A stretch of DNA of 45,023 nt. It comes from a virus. Its lineage: Duplodnaviria > Caudoviricetes. The stretch's first letter is position 1, and each line of letters begins with the position of its first letter. A program made the position numbers and the translations under genes. The stretch spans positions 1-45,023 of IMG/VR virus record IMGVR_UViG_3300026546_000006; one strand, given 5' to 3'. The notes under the pieces were generated by a model. The model was given only the letters and a program-made list of their open reading frames with translations, had not been told where the DNA came from and did no database searches. Below are positions 27,534 through 38,064 of this stretch, piece after piece.

Positions 27534-28967
27534 ATGAAAAATATGAAATTATTTATAATATTATTATCAATAACAGCTATAATTATTGCTGGTACAGCTG
27601 CTTATTTTAGTGTGTTCGGATTATCAAAATTATTTGCTGGTGCTGGAATATCCGCTTTAATTTTATTTGGTACATTAGAATTTGGTAAAATTGTTAGTGT
27701 CAGTGTATTATATAGATATTGGAAATATTTTAATTTTTTTATAAAAACTATATTTACATTAATGGTTATTGGTATAATGTTTATTACATCAATGGGTATA
27801 TATGGTTTTTTAAGAAACGCATATGATAAAACATCAAATGAATATTTTATAATACAAAAACAAACTAAAATTTTAAATCAAAAAAAAATAGCATATAATT
27901 TAGAAATTAATAGATATCAAACAGAAATAGATAGTAAAAATAAACAAATTGATACATATTTAAATAATAGATCAACTCAAGAACAATTGATATCAAATTT
28001 ATATAATAAAAGTGCTGATACTAATCTAACATCATCACAAAGTTGGGTATATAGAAAAAGAGCAAAAGAAACACAAGATGGAATAAATGAATATAATAAA
28101 CAAATTAGTATTTTAAGAGAAAAAAATACTGAATTATATCAAAAAATAAATATTTTAAATGATTCAATTACTCAAATAGATACAAAAATTTTAAATATTG
28201 AATCATCTGATATATCAGTTGAAATTGGACCATTAAAATATTTATCAGATTTAACTAATCAGCCTATGGATAATGTTGTTGCATTTTTAATATTTTTAAT
28301 AATATTTGTTTTTGACCCATTTGCTGTATTATTAATAATTGTATCAAATAGATTATCTTTAATATTAGAAAATTCTAATCAAATAATTGAAAATAAAATA
28401 GAACAAAATAAAATAAATGGACAAACTAAAAATAAAATAGATAATAAAATAGAACAAAATGAAATAAATGAACAAATATCTGAAAATAGAAATAATAAAA
28501 ATGAAATAGAACAAAATGAAATAAGTGAACAAATATCTGAAAATAAAAATGATAAAAATGAAATAGAACAAAAAAATGAAACAACTGAAAATAAAAACAA
28601 TAAAGATAAAATAGAACAAAATAAAATAAGTGAACAAATATCTAAAAATAAAAACGATAAAAATAATGAAATAAATATTGAAAAAATTGATAAAAATGAT
28701 AAAATTGACGATGAAATACAAACAATTAATAATGATATCAATAAATTAGAATCAAATATAAATTTAAAACAAAATGAAATTGATAACATAGAAAATGATA
28801 TTGTTAAAACAAAAAATGAATTAATTAATTTTAATAAATTAAATGATTTAAATAAAACATTATCAGATTTTAATGAAGTTATTAATAATATTGATATAAA
28901 AAATAAAATAAATACACCAAAAAATATTATTAGAAATTCACACCGACATAATGGATTTACCCAATAA
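27534..28967 (+). CDS. Membrane protein: 3 TM, coiled coil, TM, repeat-rich tail
   Basis: AAYFSVFGLSKLFAGA, ITSMGIYGFL, EIGPLKYLS, IIFVFDPFAV. Confidence 0.8.
   Translation: MKNMKLFIILLSITAIIIAGTAAYFSVFGLSKLFAGAGISALILFGTLEFGKIVSVSVLYRYWKYFNFFIKTIFTLMVIGIMFITSMGIYGFLRNAYDKTSNEYFIIQKQTKILNQKKIAYNLEINRYQTEIDSKNKQIDTYLNNRSTQEQLISNLYNKSADTNLTSSQSWVYRKRAKETQDGINEYNKQISILREKNTELYQKINILNDSITQIDTKILNIESSDISVEIGPLKYLSDLTNQPMDNVVAFLIFLIIFVFDPFAVLLIIVSNRLSLILENSNQIIENKIEQNKINGQTKNKIDNKIEQNEINEQISENRNNKNEIEQNEISEQISENKNDKNEIEQKNETTENKNNKDKIEQNKISEQISKNKNDKNNEINIEKIDKNDKIDDEIQTINNDINKLESNINLKQNEIDNIENDIVKTKNELINFNKLNDLNKTLSDFNEVINNIDIKNKINTPKNIIRNSHRHNGFTQ
28390..28680 (+). repeat. Imperfect tandem repeats of about 57 bp (IEQNEISEQISENKNxKNE)
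   Basis: Repeated aaatagaacaaaat...gaacaaatatct units read directly. Confidence 0.8.
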
Positions 28968-28970
28968 TAT

Positions 28971-31172
28971 TTATATCAATGAAGTGTTATTTAATCCAGT
29001 TTCTTTTTTTTGTTCATCATTTACAATTATTGGATTCGTTGGTGGTAATACATCATCCCAACCAAAATTCAATTTTAATTGTATTACATTTCTTACATTA
29101 ATTATTCTTTCTATATTACTTATTTTATTAATATGACATCTTTCTATTATAATTGTATTATCATATTTATAAAAAACAGATAAACTTAAATTTTTTATTT
29201 GATTAACAACCCTATTAATTTCTATTGCAGATATTCCAGTTTTTAAATAAATAATAAGATTTCTATAATAATATAAATCAACTTGATCATTTAATGGTCG
29301 ATTAGGTATATTATCTTCAACAAAAATATTATTTTTATTAACAACATCATCAATATACACATTCTGTGTATTATTTTTTGTTTCAATATTATGAATATCT
29401 GGTTTTTTAACAGGTATAATATTATCTTTAGATTGTGATGATATAGAATCATTAGTACTAGATGTTGATAATGATTTATCTTCTATATTATCTGTATTTT
29501 CATTATTTGTCAATGATGGATAAATAGATATATTATCAATAAATTTAACATTTTCATAAATTTTAAATTTACCTGAATATAATAATGTTCTTACATTATT
29601 ACCAATAACTGTAATATAAAAATTATCATCTACTTCTTTAATATTTTTAATAATATTAATATCACTTTCCAATATTTTAAATATTATAATACCTTCTTTT
29701 ATATTATTTTCATCAGATTCATAAAATATATCTTTTTCAATTATTTCTTTATCTGATTTAAATATTAAAGTAATTCTAGCATTATTTAATATATCTGATA
29801 AATCATATGTTTCTGGTGTATTATCTTTATTTAATTGTCTAACAATTTTAAATTTAATCACATTATCAAATGGTGTTAATAATATTACTAATGATCCTAA
29901 TGGTTTATAATCAGTGTTATAACTATTTGTCGTATTACTAAGTAATATTTTGTAATTTGATATTAGAATTGGATATGGAACTTTAGTTATACCATACGTA
30001 TTAATAGCTGATATATTAGTATTAGAATTAATAGTATTATTACTTCTATAATTATAGATTTTTGGTTTATTAATACTATTAATATTTAAACTACTTAATT
30101 TTTTACCATATTTAAATAAATTTTTAGTTAAACCAATTGATGTTTTTCTAATTATTGTTGTATTATCTACTAAATCTTTAATATACATTTCAACATCAAT
30201 AGCAGCTGTTGTATTTGAATATTTAAAAATTGGTCTATATTCTAATTTTTGAGAGAAATTTTCTGTTATAATAAATTTAATTGGAAATCCACTTTGAATA
30301 TTTTCCTCAAATAATGTTACTACATATTCAATATTAATTTTTCTACCAGCGTCCTCTAAATTTCTAATAAAATTATCTAAATTTTCATTTGAATTTTCAT
30401 ATACACCATATATTTCAAAATAATCCCAAATTTCTGATTCTTTTATTGTTACTCCTAAATTTTTATATTCTGGTGATTTTGGAATACTTGATTTAAATGT
30501 ATCTCCTAAATAATAATAAATTTCATCTATTATTTTATTTTTTGTTAAAATAAAAGAAAATTCAATAAATATAGGAGATAATAAACTTATTCCTCTATGA
30601 TCATTAGATATATTATAATTTATACTATTTGGTGTTGGTGTATTTGATGTATCAGTAATTATTCTATCATTAGATATATCATCTAATGATGGTATTGATA
30701 ATGTTATATATTTACCCCATTCCATATCACCATATCTAAATGGTTTATTTAATTGCATTATTTTATCACTATTAATATCTGTTTTATCATAAATAAAATT
30801 TGAAAAATATAATTTTTTATTATTTGAAAAATCCAATACATATACTTTAAAAAATAATCCAATGTAATTATCAAAATCATAATTAAAAGGAAAATAAATA
30901 TTAATTTTATCATATTGAAATGGTTCTAAAAAATAATCTTGCACTTTTAAAAAATTATATTTATTAATATCAACTTTAGCATATTTTTTATGAACTTCAT
31001 TTATTTCAAATAATGTATTATTAATATTATTATTATTTGATTTTGAAATAAAATTTCTTGTATTTGATCTTAAATTTGATAATATAGAATAATTATCAGT
31101 AATATTTCCATTTTTATATATCCACTCTATTAATATATTTTCATTTAAATTAATAAATTTTTTATAATCCAT
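28971..31172 (-). CDS. Large hypothetical protein, probably virion structural
   Basis: 733 aa, beta-rich; TATATATA motif 19 nt upstream. Confidence 0.65.
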   Translation of the reverse strand: MDYKKFINLNENILIEWIYKNGNITDNYSILSNLRSNTRNFISKSNNNNINNTLFEINEVHKKYAKVDINKYNFLKVQDYFLEPFQYDKINIYFPFNYDFDNYIGLFFKVYVLDFSNNKKLYFSNFIYDKTDINSDKIMQLNKPFRYGDMEWGKYITLSIPSLDDISNDRIITDTSNTPTPNSINYNISNDHRGISLLSPIFIEFSFILTKNKIIDEIYYYLGDTFKSSIPKSPEYKNLGVTIKESEIWDYFEIYGVYENSNENLDNFIRNLEDAGRKINIEYVVTLFEENIQSGFPIKFIITENFSQKLEYRPIFKYSNTTAAIDVEMYIKDLVDNTTIIRKTSIGLTKNLFKYGKKLSSLNINSINKPKIYNYRSNNTINSNTNISAINTYGITKVPYPILISNYKILLSNTTNSYNTDYKPLGSLVILLTPFDNVIKFKIVRQLNKDNTPETYDLSDILNNARITLIFKSDKEIIEKDIFYESDENNIKEGIIIFKILESDINIIKNIKEVDDNFYITVIGNNVRTLLYSGKFKIYENVKFIDNISIYPSLTNNENTDNIEDKSLSTSSTNDSISSQSKDNIIPVKKPDIHNIETKNNTQNVYIDDVVNKNNIFVEDNIPNRPLNDQVDLYYYRNLIIYLKTGISAIEINRVVNQIKNLSLSVFYKYDNTIIIERCHINKISNIERIINVRNVIQLKLNFGWDDVLPPTNPIIVNDEQKKETGLNNTSLI

Positions 31173-31223
31173 TAAAATTTATTTTTATTTTTATATATAA
31201 AAATAATAACATTTAAAATTAAT

Positions 31224-32147
31224 TTATTTTGTTATTAAATCAATAATTGTTTTTATTTTAATATCATTTTCCCAAATTTGATATATTTTATATCCATTTT
31301 TTAAAGCAATATTTAATTTATGTTTATCCATGTTCCATATTCTATATGCTCTAATTTTTTTAAATGGAAAATTTAATATATCATTTTTTTTATATTTCAT
31401 AGGATTTGCATGCCAATAATCATCATTAATTTCTAATATTATATTAAAACCAATTAACATAATATCAAAAATATTATTTTTTAATTTAAAATTACTAATA
31501 TATGATATTTGTAATTCATTTAAAATTTTAATTATTTTAATTTCAATTTCTTTATTTTGATTTATTAATAAATTTTTACTATCATCATTTAATTTTAACC
31601 AATATTTATAATACAAATCAATTATTTTAATATATTCTAATTTAATAATATCTTTATTCGGTGCTTTATATATATTATAAATATCATCAAATGAAAAACA
31701 ATTTTTTATCCAATTTAATTTATTATTATTATCTAATAATGATTGATTTAATTTTAATATTTTATTATTTTTATTTTTTTTTAAATTTATATTTTTTATT
31801 TTAGATATATTATCAACACCATATTTTATTAAACATGTTTGCTTATATTTTTTAACAGTTATTAATTTAGCACTATCTTTTAATGTTCTTTTTTTTATAT
31901 TAAAATATTTTATCAAAAATAAAATATTATTATAGCTTATATTATAATCATTTTTAATATCTGGTAAACTTTTATTATTTATAATATATTCATTATAAAT
32001 AATATTTTTATTACTAATAATAGTAAAATTCTTTTTTAAAAAAGAATATCTTATATCTTCTTTATTTTTTAATTTATTAAATTTACAATTATAAATATGT
32101 TTACTATCATATTTATTTAATTTTTTATTACAAAAAGGACATAACAT
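31224..32147 (-). CDS. Free-standing PD-(D/E)xK/Vsr-like (DUF559-like) endonuclease, homing-type
   Basis: N-terminal CPFC..H..C, KQTCLIKYGVDNISK, FDI..., LEINDDYWHANP, GYKIYQIWENDI. Start is 32147 or 32186. Confidence 0.7.
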   Translation of the reverse strand: MLCPFCNKKLNKYDSKHIYNCKFNKLKNKEDIRYSFLKKNFTIISNKNIIYNEYIINNKSLPDIKNDYNISYNNILFLIKYFNIKKRTLKDSAKLITVKKYKQTCLIKYGVDNISKIKNINLKKNKNNKILKLNQSLLDNNNKLNWIKNCFSFDDIYNIYKAPNKDIIKLEYIKIIDLYYKYWLKLNDDSKNLLINQNKEIEIKIIKILNELQISYISNFKLKNNIFDIMLIGFNIILEINDDYWHANPMKYKKNDILNFPFKKIRAYRIWNMDKHKLNIALKNGYKIYQIWENDIKIKTIIDLITK

Positions 32148-32164
32148 ATTTTTATATATTTTAC

Positions 32165-32205
32165 CTAAAAAATGGATTATATCCATTTTTTATCCATTTT
32201 TTTAG
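32165..32205. promoter_or_regulatory. Hairpin with a duplicated arm upstream of the endonuclease
   Basis: aaaaaatggat-tat-atccatttttt plus a second atccattttttt copy. Confidence 0.5.
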
Positions 32206-32254
32206 AAAAAAATAGAATAAAAATATTAATATATAAAATAAAAAAATAATTATT

Positions 32255-35200
32255 ATGCCAATAAGTAGTAAAAATTTAGGAAAATATAAAATACCTGGTA
32301 TTTATATTGAAGAAGTTAATGATTCAATAGTTGAAAAACCAATTCAAGATGTATTAATAAATTTAGTTCCAGGCTTCTCACGTAAAGGACCAGTAAATAA
32401 ACCAATTTATGTTGATACTAAACAAAAATTTGAAGAAATATTTGGACCAGTTGATAAATACTTAGAAAATAAAGGTTCATATTTTCATAGAACAATTGAA
32501 ACTATGTTAAGTAGAGGTTCTGTGTGGGCGTTAAATTTATTAAACACTGATCCACAATTAGATCAATTAGAATGGAAATCTATATCATTATCATCATCTA
32601 TTTTAAATGGTAATAAAATAAAATCACCATATGAAAGATTTTTCAATAGACAAGATTTCTGGGAAAGAGATGAAGAATCATTTAATGATATCGTAGTTGA
32701 AAATAATAGTGGAAATGATGATATTAATAAAATATTACATCTAACAAATATGTCAAATAGAACAATAACTGTATTTATGTTTAAATCAAATTTAACAGGA
32801 TTTGATATAACAGTTGAAACATGGTATAAAGGTAAATATCCATTATTTTTATATCCAAAAGATTATATATCAGATTATATGGTTGGTATATTAATTGTAC
32901 ATGGTGATTGGTCAAATTATGATGTATTAAGTAATGATCCAATATGGAGTGAATATTTTACTACAAATGGTCTTATAAAAGAAAAAATAGGAGATTTTGC
33001 TAATCATCAATTAATAACAAGATTAGCTTATTATGATGTATCATTAATACCAAATTTTAAAGATTTAAATGATAAAGATATGTATATAAGAAATATCATT
33101 AATAATGATACTGATAAAACAGGATTATTTTGTACATATAATGAAAATGCTTTATTAGAATATGATTATCCAATTGGAAATGTTGATTTAATTGGACATA
33201 CATTAATTGGTAATAATATTTCAACTATTGATTTTATGTCATATAATACACCTGTATCAGAAAAATTAATATTTTCTAAAAAAGATTTAAATTCTGTTAA
33301 TAATGTATTTGGTAATTATTCTGATATGACAACATCTTGGGTTTCTGGTAGAACTGCAAATTATACAAATTGGTATACAAGTAATATAAAATATAATACT
33401 GCTACATCTGTATTTACAACAGTTACATCAACAAATAATGATACTATAACATTATCAGCAACAACAAATTTATTAGTAGATGATATTATTTATTTTTCTA
33501 AAGGTTTTAGTGTTATTGATAAATCAACCCCTTATTATATTACTAGTATATCAGGAAACAATATAAAAATATCCACTGAAAAAAATGGTAATAATATTGG
33601 TGGTATAGTTTTAGGATCAACTATAACACATGTATATACAAATAAATTAGAATTTACAGGAGTAAATGCTTTTTATAATATAGGTGGTTATCAATATACA
33701 TTTAATGGTGATATAACATATTTAAATCCATTAACTATTAATAATAGTTCATCAACATATAGTAGATATGATATATTATATTTAAGTAATGGTAATAAAA
33801 TAAATATTTTATCAGGAAATCAAGCAAATGGAAATACACCATCATATCCAAATTACATATTAAATAATGAAAGCACAATAATATTAGGATATGTTAAAAC
33901 AATATATAATAATGGTGTATTATCAATGAATTATAATAGTATAACAGTTGATTCAAGTGGTTATGTAACATTAAATGATTTATTGTTTAAAACTGGTAAT
34001 ACATATTTAGAAATTGAATTTTTAAATACAAGTGGATCTTCAAATGATTGGACAAATTATAATAAATTAAGAAATTTAAAAGTTTATAATGAAATATCAT
34101 CATATTTATTAAATAAAAAAGGTGTTATTATAAATTACACCAATGGATATAAATATCAAATTGAAACATTAAATATAAATGACCCAACAATAACAACTAA
34201 TGCAAGTATTAGAATAATAATGGAAGGTGAAAATCCTAATAATTATTTTAATAATAAAGAATTTATTATTTATTATGTTGATGACGAATTTGATATTCAA
34301 AATGGTTCAAATACAATTACAACAACAAATAAACCAAATAGTAGCATTGTTGCAAAATATTCATCATTTTATTTATCATATTTTAATGGAATGATAAATA
34401 ATAATGATTATATTTATAAATATAATGATCAAACATCAAACGATATTTATAATTTAGAAATGAGAATTGATGATAATGATATACTAACAATTAGATTTAA
34501 ACAAGGTAGTTCATATATGTCTATTGATAATTTTGATGTAAATTATAATAATAATTTAGAAATTTATTCAGGAAAAGAAAATTTAACTCAAACTATAGAA
34601 ATAGAAAAAACCAATTTAATTACAGATCCAACTAATACTACATTAATATATGTAAAAAAAGATAGATATTCAGAAATAATTAAAGGAACATATTTAGAAG
34701 CATATTATACAACACCTAATAATCCATTAACTCCTAGTGAAATGCCTAGAAAAATGGTTAGAATAGTTGATATTAAAAATGATACAAATGATACAACATT
34801 AAAAATTCTAAAAACAGATGGACCAATTAAAATCAATACAATATATAGTGGTAGTACAATTGTTGATTATTATACAACATCATATATGACAATAGATAAT
34901 TATATTTCAGAATATAAAGGAATAGCTTTAGAACCATTTGTTATTCGTAAAGAATCTTATCCAAATGGAACAGAGGAAAGACAAAATGTTATATTAGATG
35001 TAATTTCTAAAAACACTAAAATATTTAAAGGATTAACTAATAAAAATAGAATTAGTTGGAGATATTTAATTGATTCTTTTGGTTTAGGTTTAATTGCAAA
35101 TTCAAAACAACAATTAGTTGATATTTGTGGTTATAAATTAAATTCATTAGGTTTTATTAATATGCCAAGTGCTAGACAATTTAAAAAATCAATTAATCCA

Positions 35201-35953
35201 AGTTTTATTAATGATGATTATTCAATAAATATGGAATATATCAAAGAAGGTGCTAATCCATTAAAAAATCCAGATTTTTATTATTCATTTGGTGAAGGAG
35301 TTGGTCAATCATGTGTATCATATTGGTTTCCATATATTAAAACAGATGATGAATCACAAAAATTCATACCACCCGCTGCTGAAATTGCAAAAACATATAT
35401 GAATAAATATTTATCAATTGATAGCACAATTAAGCCTTGGACAATTTTAGGTGGTATTTATAAAGGAAATTTAACAAATGTTAAAAAAACTGAAATTAGA
35501 TTCAATAATGATGATTTAATACCATTACATGATATGGGAGCAAATCCAATTGAATATATTGATAATTATGGTTATATTATAAATAGTGATAATACAGCAC
35601 AAATTTATCCGTATTCATCATTAAGTTTAATACATTCAAGAGAAGTACTTATTGAATTGGAAAATAGATTATATGATATGTTATTAAACTATCATTGGAG
35701 ATTTAATACACCAGAGATAAGATCTGAAATTAAATATAGAGCAGATCAAATTTGTAAAGAAATTAAGGATAATGATGGTTTATATGATTTTAGAAATGTT
35801 TGTGATAAAACAAATAATACCGATCATATTATAGATTTACAAATGGGTGTTTTAGATACTTATGTAGAAATTGTTAAAGGAATGGGTATAATTGTTAATC
35901 AAATTACAATTCTTAAAAAAGGAACAATTGAATCATCAGGATTTAATATTTAA
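32255..35953 (+). CDS. Contractile tail sheath protein (T4 gp18-like) with large central insertion
   Basis: PGIYIEEV, GFSRKGPVNKP, FEEIFG; C-terminal IPPAA, GANPI, LSLIHSREVL, FN, VCDKTNNT..IID. Confidence 0.9.
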   Translation: MPISSKNLGKYKIPGIYIEEVNDSIVEKPIQDVLINLVPGFSRKGPVNKPIYVDTKQKFEEIFGPVDKYLENKGSYFHRTIETMLSRGSVWALNLLNTDPQLDQLEWKSISLSSSILNGNKIKSPYERFFNRQDFWERDEESFNDIVVENNSGNDDINKILHLTNMSNRTITVFMFKSNLTGFDITVETWYKGKYPLFLYPKDYISDYMVGILIVHGDWSNYDVLSNDPIWSEYFTTNGLIKEKIGDFANHQLITRLAYYDVSLIPNFKDLNDKDMYIRNIINNDTDKTGLFCTYNENALLEYDYPIGNVDLIGHTLIGNNISTIDFMSYNTPVSEKLIFSKKDLNSVNNVFGNYSDMTTSWVSGRTANYTNWYTSNIKYNTATSVFTTVTSTNNDTITLSATTNLLVDDIIYFSKGFSVIDKSTPYYITSISGNNIKISTEKNGNNIGGIVLGSTITHVYTNKLEFTGVNAFYNIGGYQYTFNGDITYLNPLTINNSSSTYSRYDILYLSNGNKINILSGNQANGNTPSYPNYILNNESTIILGYVKTIYNNGVLSMNYNSITVDSSGYVTLNDLLFKTGNTYLEIEFLNTSGSSNDWTNYNKLRNLKVYNEISSYLLNKKGVIINYTNGYKYQIETLNINDPTITTNASIRIIMEGENPNNYFNNKEFIIYYVDDEFDIQNGSNTITTTNKPNSSIVAKYSSFYLSYFNGMINNNDYIYKYNDQTSNDIYNLEMRIDDNDILTIRFKQGSSYMSIDNFDVNYNNNLEIYSGKENLTQTIEIEKTNLITDPTNTTLIYVKKDRYSEIIKGTYLEAYYTTPNNPLTPSEMPRKMVRIVDIKNDTNDTTLKILKTDGPIKINTIYSGSTIVDYYTTSYMTIDNYISEYKGIALEPFVIRKESYPNGTEERQNVILDVISKNTKIFKGLTNKNRISWRYLIDSFGLGLIANSKQQLVDICGYKLNSLGFINMPSARQFKKSINPSFINDDYSINMEYIKEGANPLKNPDFYYSFGEGVGQSCVSYWFPYIKTDDESQKFIPPAAEIAKTYMNKYLSIDSTIKPWTILGGIYKGNLTNVKKTEIRFNNDDLIPLHDMGANPIEYIDNYGYIINSDNTAQIYPYSSLSLIHSREVLIELENRLYDMLLNYHWRFNTPEIRSEIKYRADQICKEIKDNDGLYDFRNVCDKTNNTDHIIDLQMGVLDTYVEIVKGMGIIVNQITILKKGTIESSGFNI

Positions 35954-35975
35954 TAATTAAAAAATCTAAATTAAT

Positions 35976-36007
35976 AAAAAAAGAGAAATTTAATTTCTCT
36001 TTTTTTT
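35976..36007. terminator. Bidirectional intrinsic terminator between convergent genes
   Basis: aaaaaaagagaaatt-t-aatttctcttttttt. Confidence 0.8.
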
Positions 36008-36938
36008 ATTTCATAATTGAAAAATATTTATTATTAATATAATTATATTTTAATATAAATTTAATATTATAAAGTTTATATTTATCGATATTTGTGATAA
36101 ATTTTTTTATGTTTATAATATAATTATTGTTATCATTTGATATTCGTAAATAATTTTCAGTAACTAAATTATATTTGATCATAAAATTATAAATTTTAAT
36201 TACATCATTATAATCATTAATTTTAAATGTTTTATAATAGGTTGTCATAAATTTAGATGTTTGTATATTGTTATTTAATTCAAATAATAAATTAAATAAT
36301 TTTTCATCTGTTATATTTATATAATTTTTATTTTTTTTTAAAACAATATAATTATATGATTCATTTTCTATATTAAAATTTTCTTTTTCTATTATAATAT
36401 ATTTTCTAATTGTCTTAATTTCAAATAAATGAGGTAATAAATATATTATTTTACATGAATTTTTACAATATTTATATATTTTTTCAAATAAAATATTACT
36501 TTTTTCAATATCTCCAATTGGTCGGTATAAGTAGATAATATCTATATTTTTTAAAAATGATAGATCCATATTTAAAATATTATCATATTTAACATTTAAA
36601 TTTAATTCTTTATGATATTTAGATAATCTTTTATTTATTTCAACACCATATGAATTATAACCTATTTCAGTTGATAATTCTAATATATTACCAATCCCAC
36701 AACCTATATCTAATAAGTTTAAATTTGGTTTATAGTATTTTAATAATACATTTTCTATAGGTATAGGTGATGGGACATATGTGAAAAATCCATTTTTATT
36801 AGGATAAATGTATTTTCCATCATTTTTTTTTAAATCAAATTTTTTAAAAATATTAAAATTTTTTTTTAAAATATTTTGGTAATATTGTTCATTAATTTTT
36901 TTAAAATTATATAATTTATATTTTTTTAAATATTTCAT
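36006..36938 (-). CDS. Class I SAM-dependent methyltransferase, putative internal head protein
   Basis: YVPSP, LLDIGCGIG, GVEIN, DIIYLYRP; N-terminus MKYLKKYKLYNFKKINE. Confidence 0.75.
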   Translation of the reverse strand: MKYLKKYKLYNFKKINEQYYQNILKKNFNIFKKFDLKKNDGKYIYPNKNGFFTYVPSPIPIENVLLKYYKPNLNLLDIGCGIGNILELSTEIGYNSYGVEINKRLSKYHKELNLNVKYDNILNMDLSFLKNIDIIYLYRPIGDIEKSNILFEKIYKYCKNSCKIIYLLPHLFEIKTIRKYIIIEKENFNIENESYNYIVLKKNKNYINITDEKLFNLLFELNNNIQTSKFMTTYYKTFKINDYNDVIKIYNFMIKYNLVTENYLRISNDNNNYIINIKKFITNIDKYKLYNIKFILKYNYINNKYFSIMK

Positions 36939-36987
36939 ATATTTTTCTAATATTTTTTTTATAAAAAAAACTTAAATTTTTTTTATT

Positions 36988-37278
36988 TTATAAATTTTTT
37001 ATTTGTTCTATTATGTTTGAATTATTATCATCAATATCAATTTCTTGCAAATATGCAATATTAAATTTATATTTATAATTTAAAAAATCAATAAATTCAT
37101 TACCTGCCCATATTACTTCTGATGGTGCATCACCACCCCAAGAATATAATAATGTAGATAAAAATTTATATATCATATTTTTATCTTTTTGTGATAATTT
37201 ACAATTATCATCATCTAAAATTTCATCATTCAAATTTAATGATTCATTTTTTCTATAATTTAAAAATTTTTTTTTCAT
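36988..37278 (-). CDS. Small putative internal head protein
   Basis: Starts MKKKFLNYRKNE-S. Confidence 0.65.
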   Translation of the reverse strand: MKKKFLNYRKNESLNLNDEILDDDNCKLSQKDKNMIYKFLSTLLYSWGGDAPSEVIWAGNEFIDFLNYKYKFNIAYLQEIDIDDNNSNIIEQIKNL

Positions 37279-37371
37279 ATTTTTTAATTTTAATTAGATT
37301 GAAAAAATTATAATCTGTTATTTTAAAATAACGTTTAATCATAATTTTTTTTAATTTTGATATATTATTTT

Positions 37372-37692
37372 TCATTGTTTTTTTAAATAATTTATTAATG
37401 TATAATCATTAAAATAATTCATTAATTTTTTTTCATAATTTTTATTCTTTATAATTTTTTCTCTTAATGTTTTACCAATAACTTCAGAAAAAAAATTATC
37501 TGTTTTTTGTTGATCCTCTTTTAATTTTAATATTGCTATATTTCTTATATCTTTACAAAATTCATTATAAGATTTAAATTCAGTTAAATCTAATTTAGAT
37601 AAAATTAAATTAAAATTATCTTGATATTTTTTAATATCATCATAATTGTCAACAAAACTTATATCTAATTGTTTTATAATATTTTTATCCAT
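37372..37692 (-). CDS. Hypothetical protein
   Basis: 106 aa; coupled to the upstream gene. Confidence 0.65.
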   Translation of the reverse strand: MDKNIIKQLDISFVDNYDDIKKYQDNFNLILSKLDLTEFKSYNEFCKDIRNIAILKLKEDQQKTDNFFSEVIGKTLREKIIKNKNYEKKLMNYFNDYTLINYLKKQ

Positions 37693-37975
37693 TTAATATT
37701 TTTTCATTTTTATCATTAATAATTAATGCTGATATTACACCATACACTAAAAAAAACTTATCATTTATATCAATATTTGGTTCATCATCAATTAAATGTA
37801 AACATTTATTTAAATAATCTTTACAATATGTATTATAATCATATTTATAATTAACATTATATTTTTTTAAAATGTCATTTATTTTATTTATAATATCAGT
37901 AAAAAAATCATATTTATTAATAAATAAATCAGTTAATTCTTTTTTAACAATTTCCTTTTTTTCATTGGTTGTCAA
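37685..37975 (-). CDS. Hypothetical protein (TTG start)
   Basis: 96 aa; TATATATA about 21 nt upstream. Confidence 0.6.
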   Translation of the reverse strand: MTTNEKKEIVKKELTDLFINKYDFFTDIINKINDILKKYNVNYKYDYNTYCKDYLNKCLHLIDDEPNIDINDKFFLVYGVISALIINDKNEKILNG

Positions 37976-38064
37976 TTATTATAATTTTTTTTTATTTATA
38001 TATAAAAATATAAAAATAGTTTACATAGGTAAATTTATATATATTAATAAAATAAAAAAATATA

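Noticed and set aside
37317-37332. Perfect palindrome gttattttaaaataac
   Set aside because: Single copy and almost all A/T, so plausible by chance; no second site found.
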